This document shows positions 29,263 to 39,391 of a stretch of DNA of 57,348 bases, in pieces. This DNA is from Candidatus Latescibacterota bacterium. Lineage in GTDB: Bacteria; Latescibacterota; UBA2968. The position numbers and the translations under genes are program-made. The stretch's first letter is position 1. Each line of letters begins with the position of its first letter. Where the stretch lies: contig JAYODI010000029.1 in NCBI GenBank assembly GCA_038279365.1, positions 1-57,348 of the forward strand, in the 5' to 3' direction. Under the pieces are notes generated by a model. That model saw only the letters and a list, made by a program, of their open reading frames with translations, was not told the origin of the DNA and ran no database searches.

Positions 29263-31095
29263 ATGGACGCGCTTAACCTGCTTCTTATCACCACATTTGC
29301 ACCCATTATCGGCTTTGGCATTGCACTCATCTTTTTGATGCGCCAGCCCAAAGCCGCCCAATCCGTTGTCTTGCTCTCTGGGCTGGCATCGGTCATGGGT
29401 GCCCTATTGCTCTATCTTCAAGGCCCCGCCGAACCCTTGCGTTTTTTGTGGTTTGTCAGTGGTGACCTCCAGCTTCAATTTGGGTTTGTGCGCGAAGGGG
29501 CTTCCCTCTTGTTTGGCATGGTTGTGGCCATTATCACAGCGTGTGTAATGCTCTATTCCACTGCCTATATGTCGCACGACCCAGACAAAACGCGTTATTT
29601 TGCCATGCTCGGTTTATTTGCTTGGGCTATGCTGAGTTATGTATATGCCGTTGATCTTTTACAAGCCTTCATCTTTTGGGAATTGGTTGGTTTGGCGTCC
29701 TTTTTCCTTATTGGATTTTGGTACGAAAAACCCACCGCAGCGGCTGCAGCTCGCAAAGCATTTCTCATGACCCGCATTGGTGATGTGGGACTCTTTATCG
29801 GCATCCTACTCATCTTACAACACACCGCAAACTTTGATATTCCCACCCTCATTGATCCCAATGTAGGCCTTGTCACCCAAGTGTCTGCCGACACACTCAA
29901 CCTCATCATGTTGCTCATCTTTATTGGCATTATGGGCAAAAGTGCACAATTTCCATTGCACACGTGGTTGCCCGATGCCATGGAAGGCCCCACACCCGTT
30001 AGTGCGCTCTTGCACTCGGCCACTATGGTCGCGGCAGGTGTGTTTCTCATGATTCGCCTTCATCCCCTCTTTATGGCAGCAGAGTCAACAGCCCTGATCG
30101 TTCTCGGCATCGCCACATTCACAGCCGTGCTTTCATCCACCATTGCAATGGTGGACAACGACATCAAAAAAGTACTCGCTTACTCCTCCATTAGCCAATT
30201 GGGCTTTATGCTTATGGGGCTTGCCGCAGGCAGTCTGTTTGCGGGCGTGTTTCACCTCATCACCCACGCCATCTTTAAGGCCCTGCTCTTTTTGTGCTCG
30301 GGCATTTACATTCATGCTTACGAAACCAACGACATGACCACCATTGGGCAAAAGGGTGGGCGTCAGCTCAAAATAACCACGCTCGGGCTCATTGTTGGAG
30401 GGGCCGCCTTGGCCGGTCTGCCCCCGTTGGCGGGTTTTTGGAGCAAAGAAGAAATATTTGCCCAATTGGGTCACCACGGCTTTAACATCTTTATGGCCGG
30501 TGCATTTTTCGCGGCATTTCTCACAGCCTATTACAGTTTTCGCATGATCTTTTTGGTGACCAAGCCCAAACACATTGAAAGCCAGCACGATCACCACGGT
30601 CACAACCCAGAACCACTTGCGATGACCTTACCCGTGATGTTGCTCACACTCGGAGCCATTGTTTTAGGTTTTTTTGGCAACAACATCGGCCACGCCTTGG
30701 GTGTACACGTGCAGCACCACGCCATCATGTCTATGTTGCCCGCCATAGGTATCGTAATCTTCGGTATCTTTGTGGCCTACTTAGACTATGGCCGTGCCAA
30801 CGCTACGCGCTTAGGATTTATTACCAAAATTGCCCCCTTGCACACCCTTTTTGCCAACAAATGGTATATCGACGACGTCTACCGATCCACGGTGGTTGCC
30901 TTCACAATGGCAGTGGCCACACTCATGCACTGGCTTGAAACACATTTGTTTGATGGTGTCTTTGATCGTTTTGGTTTTGGCATCTTGCGTACGGGTTCTG
31001 CCTCAACACGCATCCAAGGAGGTTGGATGCAAATGTATGTGGGGTGGGCAATCGTTGTTGTCGGTCTTGTTGCACTCTATATCGGATGGTTGTAA
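29263..31095 (+). CDS. nuoL: NADH-quinone oxidoreductase subunit L
   Basis: FWELVGLASFFLIGFW, GKSAQFPLHTWLPDAMEGPTPVSALLHSATMVAAG, GFWSKE. Confidence 0.97.
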   Translation: MDALNLLLITTFAPIIGFGIALIFLMRQPKAAQSVVLLSGLASVMGALLLYLQGPAEPLRFLWFVSGDLQLQFGFVREGASLLFGMVVAIITACVMLYSTAYMSHDPDKTRYFAMLGLFAWAMLSYVYAVDLLQAFIFWELVGLASFFLIGFWYEKPTAAAAARKAFLMTRIGDVGLFIGILLILQHTANFDIPTLIDPNVGLVTQVSADTLNLIMLLIFIGIMGKSAQFPLHTWLPDAMEGPTPVSALLHSATMVAAGVFLMIRLHPLFMAAESTALIVLGIATFTAVLSSTIAMVDNDIKKVLAYSSISQLGFMLMGLAAGSLFAGVFHLITHAIFKALLFLCSGIYIHAYETNDMTTIGQKGGRQLKITTLGLIVGGAALAGLPPLAGFWSKEEIFAQLGHHGFNIFMAGAFFAAFLTAYYSFRMIFLVTKPKHIESQHDHHGHNPEPLAMTLPVMLLTLGAIVLGFFGNNIGHALGVHVQHHAIMSMLPAIGIVIFGIFVAYLDYGRANATRLGFITKIAPLHTLFANKWYIDDVYRSTVVAFTMAVATLMHWLETHLFDGVFDRFGFGILRTGSASTRIQGGWMQMYVGWAIVVVGLVALYIGWL

Positions 31096-31151
31096 TCTAA
31101 AATGAAAATTTAAACATCCTCCCTTTTTAATTTTTCATTTTACATTTTTAA

Positions 31152-32636
31152 TTGGATCTCACCATGCCACTGCTCAGTTCTATTTTACTTGTTCCCACAC
31201 TCACACTCCTCGCGATCTTATTGATCCCCAACCGCGCAGTCCAACTCATTCGTTGGGTGTGTGCCCTAAGCGGTTTGATCACGGGCGTACTGAGCATTCA
31301 GCTTTGGATCGCTTATGACCCAACACTTGGCGGGATTCAATTTATCGAAATGATCCCTTGGGTTGCCTCAATGGGCATATCCTACCACCTCGGTGTGGAT
31401 GGTTTTGGCACCATCTTGGTCATGCTCAATTCCATCGTATTTTTTACGGGCGTGCTCACCATGTGGGATTTGGAAACGCGCGTAAAAGAATATTTTGCGT
31501 TTATGATTCTGCTCGTCATTGGCGTTTACGGTGTGTTCATGTCGCAAGACATGTTCTTCTTCTTTTTCTTTTATGAAATCGCCGTGGTGCCCATGTATCC
31601 ACTCATTGTGATTTGGGGCAGTGGCAACAAAGAATATGCCGCCATGAAATTGATGCTCTTTCTTTTGGCTGGCAGTGCCCTTCTCTTTCCGGGGCTGTTG
31701 GCCATTTACCACAATGCGGGCCTTCACACATTTGACCTGATTGCCCTTTCAAAACACACCTTTACACCCGACTTTCAAATTTTTGTCTATCCTTTCATTT
31801 ACATCGGATTTGGCGTTTTGGCAGGTATGTTCCCCGTCCACGGTTGGTCACCCACGGGTCACGTTGCCGCACCTTCTGCCGTGTCGATGCTCCATGCTGG
31901 CGTCTTAATGAAACTCGGGGCATTTGGTGTGCTTTCTATAGGCCTACGTCTCTTACCCGAAGGCGCCATCTATTGGGCACCCACATTTAGTGCCTTTGCT
32001 GCCATTGGCATTGTATATGGTGCTTTTGTGGCCATCCGCCAAACCGACTTCAAATTTGTCATTGGCTTCTCATCTGTCTCGCATATGGGCATTGTTTTAC
32101 TGGGCCTCAACTTGGCCGTTTTGGGCAAAGCAGGCACCGATGCGCTCAACGGAGCCGTCTTTCAAATGTTTGCCCACGGCATTATGACCGCTCTCTTTTT
32201 TAGCACCGTCGGTTTTATTTATGACCGCGCCCACTCCAAAACCATTGCCGACTTTGGTGGGTTGGGTTCGCAAATGCCACGAGCCGTATCCATATTTATT
32301 GTGGCCGGTTTGTGCGGTGCAGGTTTGCCAGGCTTGGCCAGTTTTTGGGCCGAATTGCTCGTTTTTTTGGCCGCCATAAAGACGTATCCAATCGTTGGCG
32401 TCATCATCATTATTGGCCTCGTTTTAACCGCCATTTATGTATTGCGGGTTTTCAACACAGCCTTTTTTGGTCCCCCAAACGACCGTTGGAAAAATCTTAA
32501 AGAGGTGGATCTCAAAGGGTTTCAATTGTTACCACGTGCCATATTGGTCGCCGTTTTGGTCTATTTCGGATTTGTGCCACGTGCGATGCTCGATATTATC
32601 AACAGCACCACAACTGCATTACTGGGAAAATTTTAG
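31152..32636 (+). CDS. nuoM: NADH-quinone oxidoreductase subunit M
   Basis: YHLGVDG, PMYPLI.IWG, HGWSP.GHVAAP, SSVSHMG, GLPGL.SF.AE. Start is TTG 31152 or ATG 31164. Confidence 0.95.
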   Translation: MDLTMPLLSSILLVPTLTLLAILLIPNRAVQLIRWVCALSGLITGVLSIQLWIAYDPTLGGIQFIEMIPWVASMGISYHLGVDGFGTILVMLNSIVFFTGVLTMWDLETRVKEYFAFMILLVIGVYGVFMSQDMFFFFFFYEIAVVPMYPLIVIWGSGNKEYAAMKLMLFLLAGSALLFPGLLAIYHNAGLHTFDLIALSKHTFTPDFQIFVYPFIYIGFGVLAGMFPVHGWSPTGHVAAPSAVSMLHAGVLMKLGAFGVLSIGLRLLPEGAIYWAPTFSAFAAIGIVYGAFVAIRQTDFKFVIGFSSVSHMGIVLLGLNLAVLGKAGTDALNGAVFQMFAHGIMTALFFSTVGFIYDRAHSKTIADFGGLGSQMPRAVSIFIVAGLCGAGLPGLASFWAELLVFLAAIKTYPIVGVIIIIGLVLTAIYVLRVFNTAFFGPPNDRWKNLKEVDLKGFQLLPRAILVAVLVYFGFVPRAMLDIINSTTTALLGKF

Positions 32637-34067
32637 ATGGAAAACGCCCTGCTCTTTGCCCCAGAAATCGTCTGCCTCCTGATGGCTTTGGTCTTATTTT
32701 TTGGCACGGTATTTCAGGCTTCTCATCGCACCATTTATGGCCTTGGCATTGTTACAGGCCTCCTCATGCTTGCCACAAGCGTGTATACCCTTTCGCTCAA
32801 TGGCGAACCGTTTTTCCCACACATTTACAAAGTGGATTTCTTTTCCCAACTCATCAAAGTGGCATTGGCATTGGGTTTTTTATGTGTCGCCATCACCTGC
32901 CGCAACCCGCTAACCGTTCATAACTCTGCCTGGGCCGAGTTGCCTCTGTTTTTGCTCTTTTCCACACTTGGCCTCATGATGATGGTCAGTGCAACCGAAT
33001 TGCTCACACTTTATGTCTCAATGGAATTGGCCGCCTACCCGCTTTACATTGTTGTGGCCCTACATCGCAATATCAAAACCAATGGTGAAAGTGCCACCAA
33101 ATATATGGTTCAAGGCATGGCCGCCTCAGCCGTTTCGCTTTATGGCATGAGCTTTCTCTTTGGTGCATTTGGATCAACCTATTTCACCGACATTGCAAAC
33201 CAGTTTGCCCAAGTATCTACCCAGCCCATCTTTTATTTGGGGCTGTTGTTAACCCTGTCGGGGTTCTTCTTTAAACTCGGTGCATTTCCATTTCATTTTT
33301 GGGCACCCGATACCTATCAAACAGCGCCCCATCCCGTCATCACTTTTATTGCCACCGTGTCTAAGATTGGGGCTGTTGCCATTTTGTGCCGTCTCTTGTC
33401 CTTAACCATCCCCTATGCTTGGCATGCAGGGCAAATTCAAACCGTTTTGATGTGGTTTTGCATCATCGCAATGACAGTTGGCAATCTATCGGCACTCGTA
33501 CAAAAAGATGTCAAACGCCTCTTGGGATATTCCACCATTGCACATGCAGGATATATCCTCCTTGCTCTGCAAACCTTTGCCCAAACCGGTCTTTCTGCGG
33601 CCATTTTTTACGCGCTCGGTTATTTTGTAATGTCCTTTGCGTGTTTCCTCGTTATCAGCGAAGTGGGCAAAAACAAAGACCAAGTTGCCATCGAATCACT
33701 CTCGGGCCTTTATAAACGTGCCCCTCTCCTATCGTTCACTTTACTCCTTGGTCTATTTGGACTCATTGGCCTTCCTCCCACCGTGGGCTTTGTGGGCAAA
33801 TGGTTCCTTTTTTCAGCGGCCCTTGAACGGGGGCAATTTTATCTCGTACTGGTCGCGGCCATCAATGCCACCATTGGCCTCTATTATTATCTTATGGTCA
33901 TTCGTCAGGTCTACTGGGTCGAATCACCCCACGCAGAAACCATCCACACCTCACCGCTTATAGCCATAACAGCCTTAGGCACCATCGTTCTCGTGTTGGC
34001 AATGGGCACCTTCCCCAACACGTTTTATGAGCTTGCCACACGAGCCGCCGCGGCCCTCTTGAGCTAA
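32637..34067 (+). CDS. nuoN: NADH-quinone oxidoreductase subunit N
   Basis: ESATKY, FKLGAFPFHFWAPDTYQ.AP, KRLLGYSTIAHAGY, GLPPTVGFVGK. Confidence 0.96.
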   Translation: MENALLFAPEIVCLLMALVLFFGTVFQASHRTIYGLGIVTGLLMLATSVYTLSLNGEPFFPHIYKVDFFSQLIKVALALGFLCVAITCRNPLTVHNSAWAELPLFLLFSTLGLMMMVSATELLTLYVSMELAAYPLYIVVALHRNIKTNGESATKYMVQGMAASAVSLYGMSFLFGAFGSTYFTDIANQFAQVSTQPIFYLGLLLTLSGFFFKLGAFPFHFWAPDTYQTAPHPVITFIATVSKIGAVAILCRLLSLTIPYAWHAGQIQTVLMWFCIIAMTVGNLSALVQKDVKRLLGYSTIAHAGYILLALQTFAQTGLSAAIFYALGYFVMSFACFLVISEVGKNKDQVAIESLSGLYKRAPLLSFTLLLGLFGLIGLPPTVGFVGKWFLFSAALERGQFYLVLVAAINATIGLYYYLMVIRQVYWVESPHAETIHTSPLIAITALGTIVLVLAMGTFPNTFYELATRAAAALLS

Positions 34068-34162
34068 CATTAGAACAAAACCTAAAAATACAAACAGATG
34101 GCCAATAAATAATTAATTTTATTTACTTTATTTTTTAAACAAAAAATGTCCACAGAAATACA

Positions 34163-34215
34163 TTTTATATAAAAAAGCAGCCCGATATCTGTTCGGGCTG
34201 CTTTTTTATATAAAA
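34163..34215. terminator. Bidirectional intrinsic terminator
   Basis: TTTTATATAAAAAAGCAGCCCGA-loop-TCGGGCTGCTTTTTTATATAAAA. Confidence 0.9.
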
Positions 34216-34236
34216 GTAAAAAACGAGATCGGTATC

Positions 34237-35082
34237 TTACCGATCTCTCACAACCGTCCAAAAATGCTGCAAATAGTCCGCCAAACGCTTGCTCCAATAT
34301 TGCACAAAGGTGAAAAATGTCTGTATCAAAGACAAACGCTCGTGGGCTTGCCCCCGCTGACGCAAAAGCCCCAACGTACGTGCCGTTACCCGACCTTGGG
34401 GCGCCAGGCCAACCACAGACTGAAATTGCTTGAGCGCAGTTTCGGTTTTCGGCCCCAACACACCGTCAATCCCACCCACATCATATCCCAAATTATTGAG
34501 CAACACTTGTGCATCAAATATATGATCGCTTGCCAGTTCTGTGTCTTCTTCTGTTTGCACTTCGCCAGCAATGGGAATATCCAAATCTCCGACCAATTGT
34601 CCAACAACACCCACCTCATAAACGGCCGCCGCAACAGCCAAAAGACCCAGTCCACCTAATAAAAAAGCAATGCCCAATCGCACTTCATAGACACCATGAA
34701 ATTCGGACTGCATATCCAACCCATAAAACACCTCAAATGAGGCCAAATATTGTGCCCACATCCAAGTCAACAGATGAAAAACACTTCCAATTGCAGGAAG
34801 CCCCAGTGCCCTTATACCAATCTGCTTGAATAACAACAGCCCCATTAAAAACACATCCAGCCCCACCAAACACACAGGCATCCACACCAAAACAGCGGCC
34901 CACTGGTCTACAGGATTAGGGGCACCATAAACACCCAACACAACCGCCCCCAGCAGACATACCCCCAAAACACCCCAAGCCCAATAAGCTTCCAACGCGT
35001 TTGCAGATTGCGCAACTGGTCCAGCAACCAATTGCCCCGACACAGAGTCGTGATCTGTCAATATGATTTGTTCGCTATTCAT
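34237..35082 (-). CDS. Membrane protein with C-terminal peptidoglycan-binding domain
   Basis: ~4 TM segments, then AQVLLNNLGYDVGGIDGVLGPKTETALKQFQ...GL...G (PG_binding_1 pattern). ATG 35082 follows GGAAGG (ORF track 35178). Confidence 0.8.
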   Translation of the reverse strand: MNSEQIILTDHDSVSGQLVAGPVAQSANALEAYWAWGVLGVCLLGAVVLGVYGAPNPVDQWAAVLVWMPVCLVGLDVFLMGLLLFKQIGIRALGLPAIGSVFHLLTWMWAQYLASFEVFYGLDMQSEFHGVYEVRLGIAFLLGGLGLLAVAAAVYEVGVVGQLVGDLDIPIAGEVQTEEDTELASDHIFDAQVLLNNLGYDVGGIDGVLGPKTETALKQFQSVVGLAPQGRVTARTLGLLRQRGQAHERLSLIQTFFTFVQYWSKRLADYLQHFWTVVRDR

Positions 35083-35256
35083 AACCTTCCCAATATAGTA
35101 TTTCACACATTCAACATCAAGCCACAATCGCCTTGCAACCCTCGAAAAATTGGCTATATTCCAATAAGTTATCGACACCCTCTTTCCGACAAATCATGCG
35201 CATATATCTACCCAATGACCACACATTTGTGATGCGCATTGTATTTTGGAGTTTTA

Positions 35257-37383
35257 ATGGCACACCACCTTGGGGTGCTGGCGATAGAACTCGTCAACGG
35301 CACCCAAATGCACCTCTACACACGCAAAGAAAAGATTACAGAGACATTTTCTCCGTGGCTCTTGCTCGAAACACCCGAAGATGCCCACAGAGCAGGGTTG
35401 GTCGGCGTGTCCAATATCGTATCCCTCAAAGGCGGTGGCGAATTTCGATATCGCGTTCACTTCGACACCTGGAATCATTTTCTCGAAGCACGCGACCGTC
35501 TCTCCACAGACAGCATCGTGCACTTCAACATCAACACCCCCGTGCGCCAACACCTGATGTTAACCGGTCAAACGCTCTTTAAAGACATGCGTTTTGACGA
35601 TCTGCACCGCCTCCAACTCGACATCGAAACCCTCTCTTTAGACCCACAAGCCCCCACTGCACAAATCATTCTGATTTCCGTAACAGACACACAAGGTTAT
35701 GAAAAAGTGCTCAGTGGGATCGATTATTCTGAAGCAGAACTGTTACAACAACTCAATCAAATCATTTCAGAGCGCAACCCCGATGTTATAGAAGGCCACA
35801 ACATCTTCGAATTTGATCTGCCCTATATTGCCGCACGTGCCCAAGTACACCATGTGCCCCTCACCTGGGGCCGTGACGGATCAGAGTTGCGCGCAGGACA
35901 CGGTCGCCAACGCTACAAAGTAGGTGCCCAAACCCCCAATTTTCGCCCATCTTACGTTCACGGTCGACACATCATAGACACCTATCATCAAGTTCAGCGA
36001 TACGACATTGGGGGCAAGCTCGAAAGTTATGGGCTCAAACCCGTGGTGCGCGCCTTGGGGCTCGAACGCGAAGATCGCACTTTTGTAGAAGGCGAAGACA
36101 TTGCCCGCACGTGGCAAACCGATCCACAAAAATTGATAGCCTATGCCCTCGATGATGTCCGCGATGTCAAAGATTTAAGCAAACTCGTTGTTCCCACAGA
36201 GTTTTACCAAACCCAAGTCTTGCCCTACAGTTTCCAATCGGCGGCACTCAGTGGTCCTGGTGAAAAAATTAATGCCCTCATGGTCGGGCATTATTTGCGT
36301 CGAAATTTGGCCATTCCTCGCCCACGCAAAACAAAAGATTTTGGTGGCGGTTATACCGAGCTTGTTGCCGATGGTATTTTTCAGCGCGTGGTCAAAGCCG
36401 ATGTCGAAAGCCTTTACCCATCCATTATGCTGTCCAACCAAATTCGCCCTGCATCCGACACCGAAAATTCATTTCTACCCATGCTCGAGCACCTCACCCA
36501 CCGTCGCCTCGAGGCCAAAACCAACTACCAAAAAGCCAGCACAGAAACCGATCGAGCCTATTGGGATGGGGTGCAAGGCAGTTACAAAATTTTGATCAAC
36601 TCTTTTTATGGCTATTTGGCCTATGGGCGTGCCAACTTTAACGACTACCATGCCGCCGAACAGGTCACCACCATAGGGCAACAAATCGCACACAGTATGG
36701 TCAGCACCCTCAAAGATTTGGGCGCAGAAATCATCGAAGTTGATACCGATGGGGTCTACTTTGTGGCCCCACCCCACGTCCAATCAGAAGCCGATGAAAT
36801 CAAGCTCATCCAATCCATTTCAGCATCTTTGCCAGAAGGCATCCATTTGTCACACGATGGCCGATTTAAAGGCATGATCAGCCTCAAAGCCAAAAATTAT
36901 ATTCTCAGTGATTACAACAACAAACTCATTGTCAAAGGCAGTTCACTCAGAAGCCGTCGGGATGAACGCATCTTTCGCAAATTTATTACCGACTTGGCTC
37001 CCTTTCTCATCGAACAAAACTTTCAAGCCGCATCCGATGTTTATCTTCACCTTGCCCACCAGCTACAAGACGGCAAAATTCCACCCGAAGATTTTTGTCG
37101 TTGGGAACGCATTTCTAAAAAAACATTTTCCAACTCTAATTTGCGCCGCTTAGCACAAGCCGCAGAAGACAGCAACATTGGTGACAAAATCGCTGTTTAC
37201 CAACGCGAAGACGGCTCACTGGCCCGCATTGAGCATTTTGCACACGACGAAGACCGCAAATATCTGCTTCGCCGACTCCACGATACGGCAGAGCGTTTCC
37301 ACACACTTTTTACAGATGCCGAATTCAAAAGACTCTTTCCTCACGTACAACCCAAAGTGCGCGACCAGCTCACCCTCTTCTAA
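35257..37383 (+). CDS. polB: Family B DNA polymerase (Pol II-like)
   Basis: Exonuclease motifs LDIET, HNIFEFD, YALDD; polymerase motifs DVESLYPSIM, KILINSFYG, VDTDG; C-terminal QLTLF. Confidence 0.93.
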   Translation: MAHHLGVLAIELVNGTQMHLYTRKEKITETFSPWLLLETPEDAHRAGLVGVSNIVSLKGGGEFRYRVHFDTWNHFLEARDRLSTDSIVHFNINTPVRQHLMLTGQTLFKDMRFDDLHRLQLDIETLSLDPQAPTAQIILISVTDTQGYEKVLSGIDYSEAELLQQLNQIISERNPDVIEGHNIFEFDLPYIAARAQVHHVPLTWGRDGSELRAGHGRQRYKVGAQTPNFRPSYVHGRHIIDTYHQVQRYDIGGKLESYGLKPVVRALGLEREDRTFVEGEDIARTWQTDPQKLIAYALDDVRDVKDLSKLVVPTEFYQTQVLPYSFQSAALSGPGEKINALMVGHYLRRNLAIPRPRKTKDFGGGYTELVADGIFQRVVKADVESLYPSIMLSNQIRPASDTENSFLPMLEHLTHRRLEAKTNYQKASTETDRAYWDGVQGSYKILINSFYGYLAYGRANFNDYHAAEQVTTIGQQIAHSMVSTLKDLGAEIIEVDTDGVYFVAPPHVQSEADEIKLIQSISASLPEGIHLSHDGRFKGMISLKAKNYILSDYNNKLIVKGSSLRSRRDERIFRKFITDLAPFLIEQNFQAASDVYLHLAHQLQDGKIPPEDFCRWERISKKTFSNSNLRRLAQAAEDSNIGDKIAVYQREDGSLARIEHFAHDEDRKYLLRRLHDTAERFHTLFTDAEFKRLFPHVQPKVRDQLTLF

Positions 37384-37398
37384 AAACCACCCAAACAA

Positions 37399-38604
37399 CT
37401 ATCGCGCCAACAATCGCCAAACACGCCCCCCCAATAAACACGCAAACAACCATCCAGTCACTGTCGGCGCCATTGCCGCCCCCATTGCACCTTGCCACCA
37501 AAAGCCAAACCCACCGAACAAAGTTCCCACCACCACCAAACCCACCATCCATCCAAACCCTTCACCTTCGCGCCCCAATGCCAACAATGCCGTATGTGCC
37601 ACCGCACAAACCAGCAAAGGGGGCAAAATCCAACCCAACACCTGAACAGCCGTCACGGCCCCCACATATTCCAAACCAAAAATCCAAACCACGGCCCAAT
37701 ATCCAAATGCTTGTATCAAACCCACTCCCACAACACCACCCACCAAAAACAAACCACAGCATCGCCAAAACAAATCGCGAAAAGCCCCCCTGTTATCACT
37801 CACGCCCACCAATGCAGGCAACACCCCTTCCATACTCGCACTCACCAACACAAACAAAGCAGCTCCCACGCGATAACCAATGGCATAAACACCCGAATCA
37901 ACACCCTCTCCCAAAGCATCTGCCGTAATAAAATTGATATTGAGCAAAACCCCTATAAAAAACACAGCAGGCATCAACTGCACCCCCGCCAAAACAACCG
38001 ACCACCGAACCCCACTAGTTTCAACAACAAACCCGACACGCCCAAGCAATATCCAAGCTGCAAACATAAATCCTATGCGACAAACCGCATAAGCCAAAGC
38101 AATCCCCAATAAACCAAAGCCAAACACCATCGCAGCAATGCCCAATCCCGTGAGGCACACATACGCTCCCCCCACCAACAAGGCACTATAATCGGCGCGT
38201 TGCAACCCCTTAAACACCGCATTAAAAACATCGCCCACACTCATTGCCCAAGTAGACACCCCCACCAACAAAACAGCCCAAATAACATCAGTCGGTTTGC
38301 CTGCCCACCAACTACACACAAGCATGAGCATCACCGCAATGACACCAAACCGCATTTTAAACGCCACAGCATCTTGTAATGCCAACACACCTTCTCCAGC
38401 CGCCACAGCACGAATGACCCGTGTGTTTAAACCCAAGTCTAAGATTGGCACAAATACAGCCGTTATGGCAATCACATAGGCATAATCACCCAAAGCCGCT
38501 TCCCCCATCAAACGCGCCACTGCAATGAGCAAAAGCATTGCCCCACCCAAATGCGATGCCTTTTCAAGGGTCAACAAAAACGCCTGTTTGCTTAATCGGC
38601 TCAT
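37399..38604 (-). CDS. Oligosaccharide flippase (Wzx/MOP family)
   Basis: VARLMGEAALGDY, DLGLNT..IR, VFKGLQR, GVYAIGYR, IFGLEY; ~12 TM segments. ORF track start 38649. Confidence 0.8.
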   Translation of the reverse strand: MSRLSKQAFLLTLEKASHLGGAMLLLIAVARLMGEAALGDYAYVIAITAVFVPILDLGLNTRVIRAVAAGEGVLALQDAVAFKMRFGVIAVMLMLVCSWWAGKPTDVIWAVLLVGVSTWAMSVGDVFNAVFKGLQRADYSALLVGGAYVCLTGLGIAAMVFGFGLLGIALAYAVCRIGFMFAAWILLGRVGFVVETSGVRWSVVLAGVQLMPAVFFIGVLLNINFITADALGEGVDSGVYAIGYRVGAALFVLVSASMEGVLPALVGVSDNRGAFRDLFWRCCGLFLVGGVVGVGLIQAFGYWAVVWIFGLEYVGAVTAVQVLGWILPPLLVCAVAHTALLALGREGEGFGWMVGLVVVGTLFGGFGFWWQGAMGAAMAPTVTGWLFACLLGGRVWRLLAR

Positions 38605-38692
38605 ACACACCAATAAAAAAGGCAGAAGATCAAACTTCTGCCAAATCAATCACCCACACTTTATAAAAACGAGACCAACACAATATATCGGC

Positions 38693-39391
38693 CTACGGCC
38701 CTTGTACAACCCGCCCCCCGCGGTCGTTTACACGCACGCGCACCTGCACCACATTGCTCGAATCACCTTGTCCTTCAACCAAATCGGCCACTTGCAATTC
38801 AAACACATAATCAGCGGGTGCCAGAGCCTGAAACACCGGAGAAGCGCTCTGTAGGTTTTCTAAAGCCACCCGTGGCCCCCCCAACTGGCGCCAAAAATAG
38901 GTCAAATTATCCCCATCGGGATCCACGCTACCCGTGCCATCCAAAACAATGCGTAAAGAATCACCATATTCAAAAAAGGGTTCTGCCAAAACCAAAGCCG
39001 TTGGCGGAGCCTGCGTAACCCCAATACGTAAAGAAGACGTGGTAAGCGTTTCCGATTTTCCATCGCTCACTTCCAAAAACAATTCATACGTACCCGGAAG
39101 AAGGGGTGCTTTCCACGTCACGGAAACCGAATCTTGAAACAAGTCAATAAATGTATCTCGTTGGGTGGCCGTAAAAACCCCACCACTTGCTGTCCATCGA
39201 AAATCCAATTCATCGTTGTCTGGGTCACTGGTCAAAACCGTTATTTTAACCAACTGCCCACGTCCCACAGAGGGCTCACCGCCACGATCAGTTTTCAAAT
39301 CGAGCAATTCAGGTGCCCCTTGTCGATCAACCAAACTGCACCCCGACAAAAGCACCAAATACCCCAAAACCCAAAAAAAACGATTAAACAA
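38693..39391 (-). CDS. Lipoprotein with two PKD/Ig-like domains
   Basis: Lipobox LSG-C; SDPDNDELDFRWTA and LDGTGSVDPDGDNLTYFWRQLGGP motifs. Confidence 0.8.
   Translation of the reverse strand: MFNRFFWVLGYLVLLSGCSLVDRQGAPELLDLKTDRGGEPSVGRGQLVKITVLTSDPDNDELDFRWTASGGVFTATQRDTFIDLFQDSVSVTWKAPLLPGTYELFLEVSDGKSETLTTSSLRIGVTQAPPTALVLAEPFFEYGDSLRIVLDGTGSVDPDGDNLTYFWRQLGGPRVALENLQSASPVFQALAPADYVFELQVADLVEGQGDSSNVVQVRVRVNDRGGRVVQGP

Noticed and set aside
34068-34170. Replication origin (AT-rich stretch with one TGTCCACA)
   Set aside because: A single imperfect DnaA box in a short convergent intergenic region, with no dnaA/dnaN context.
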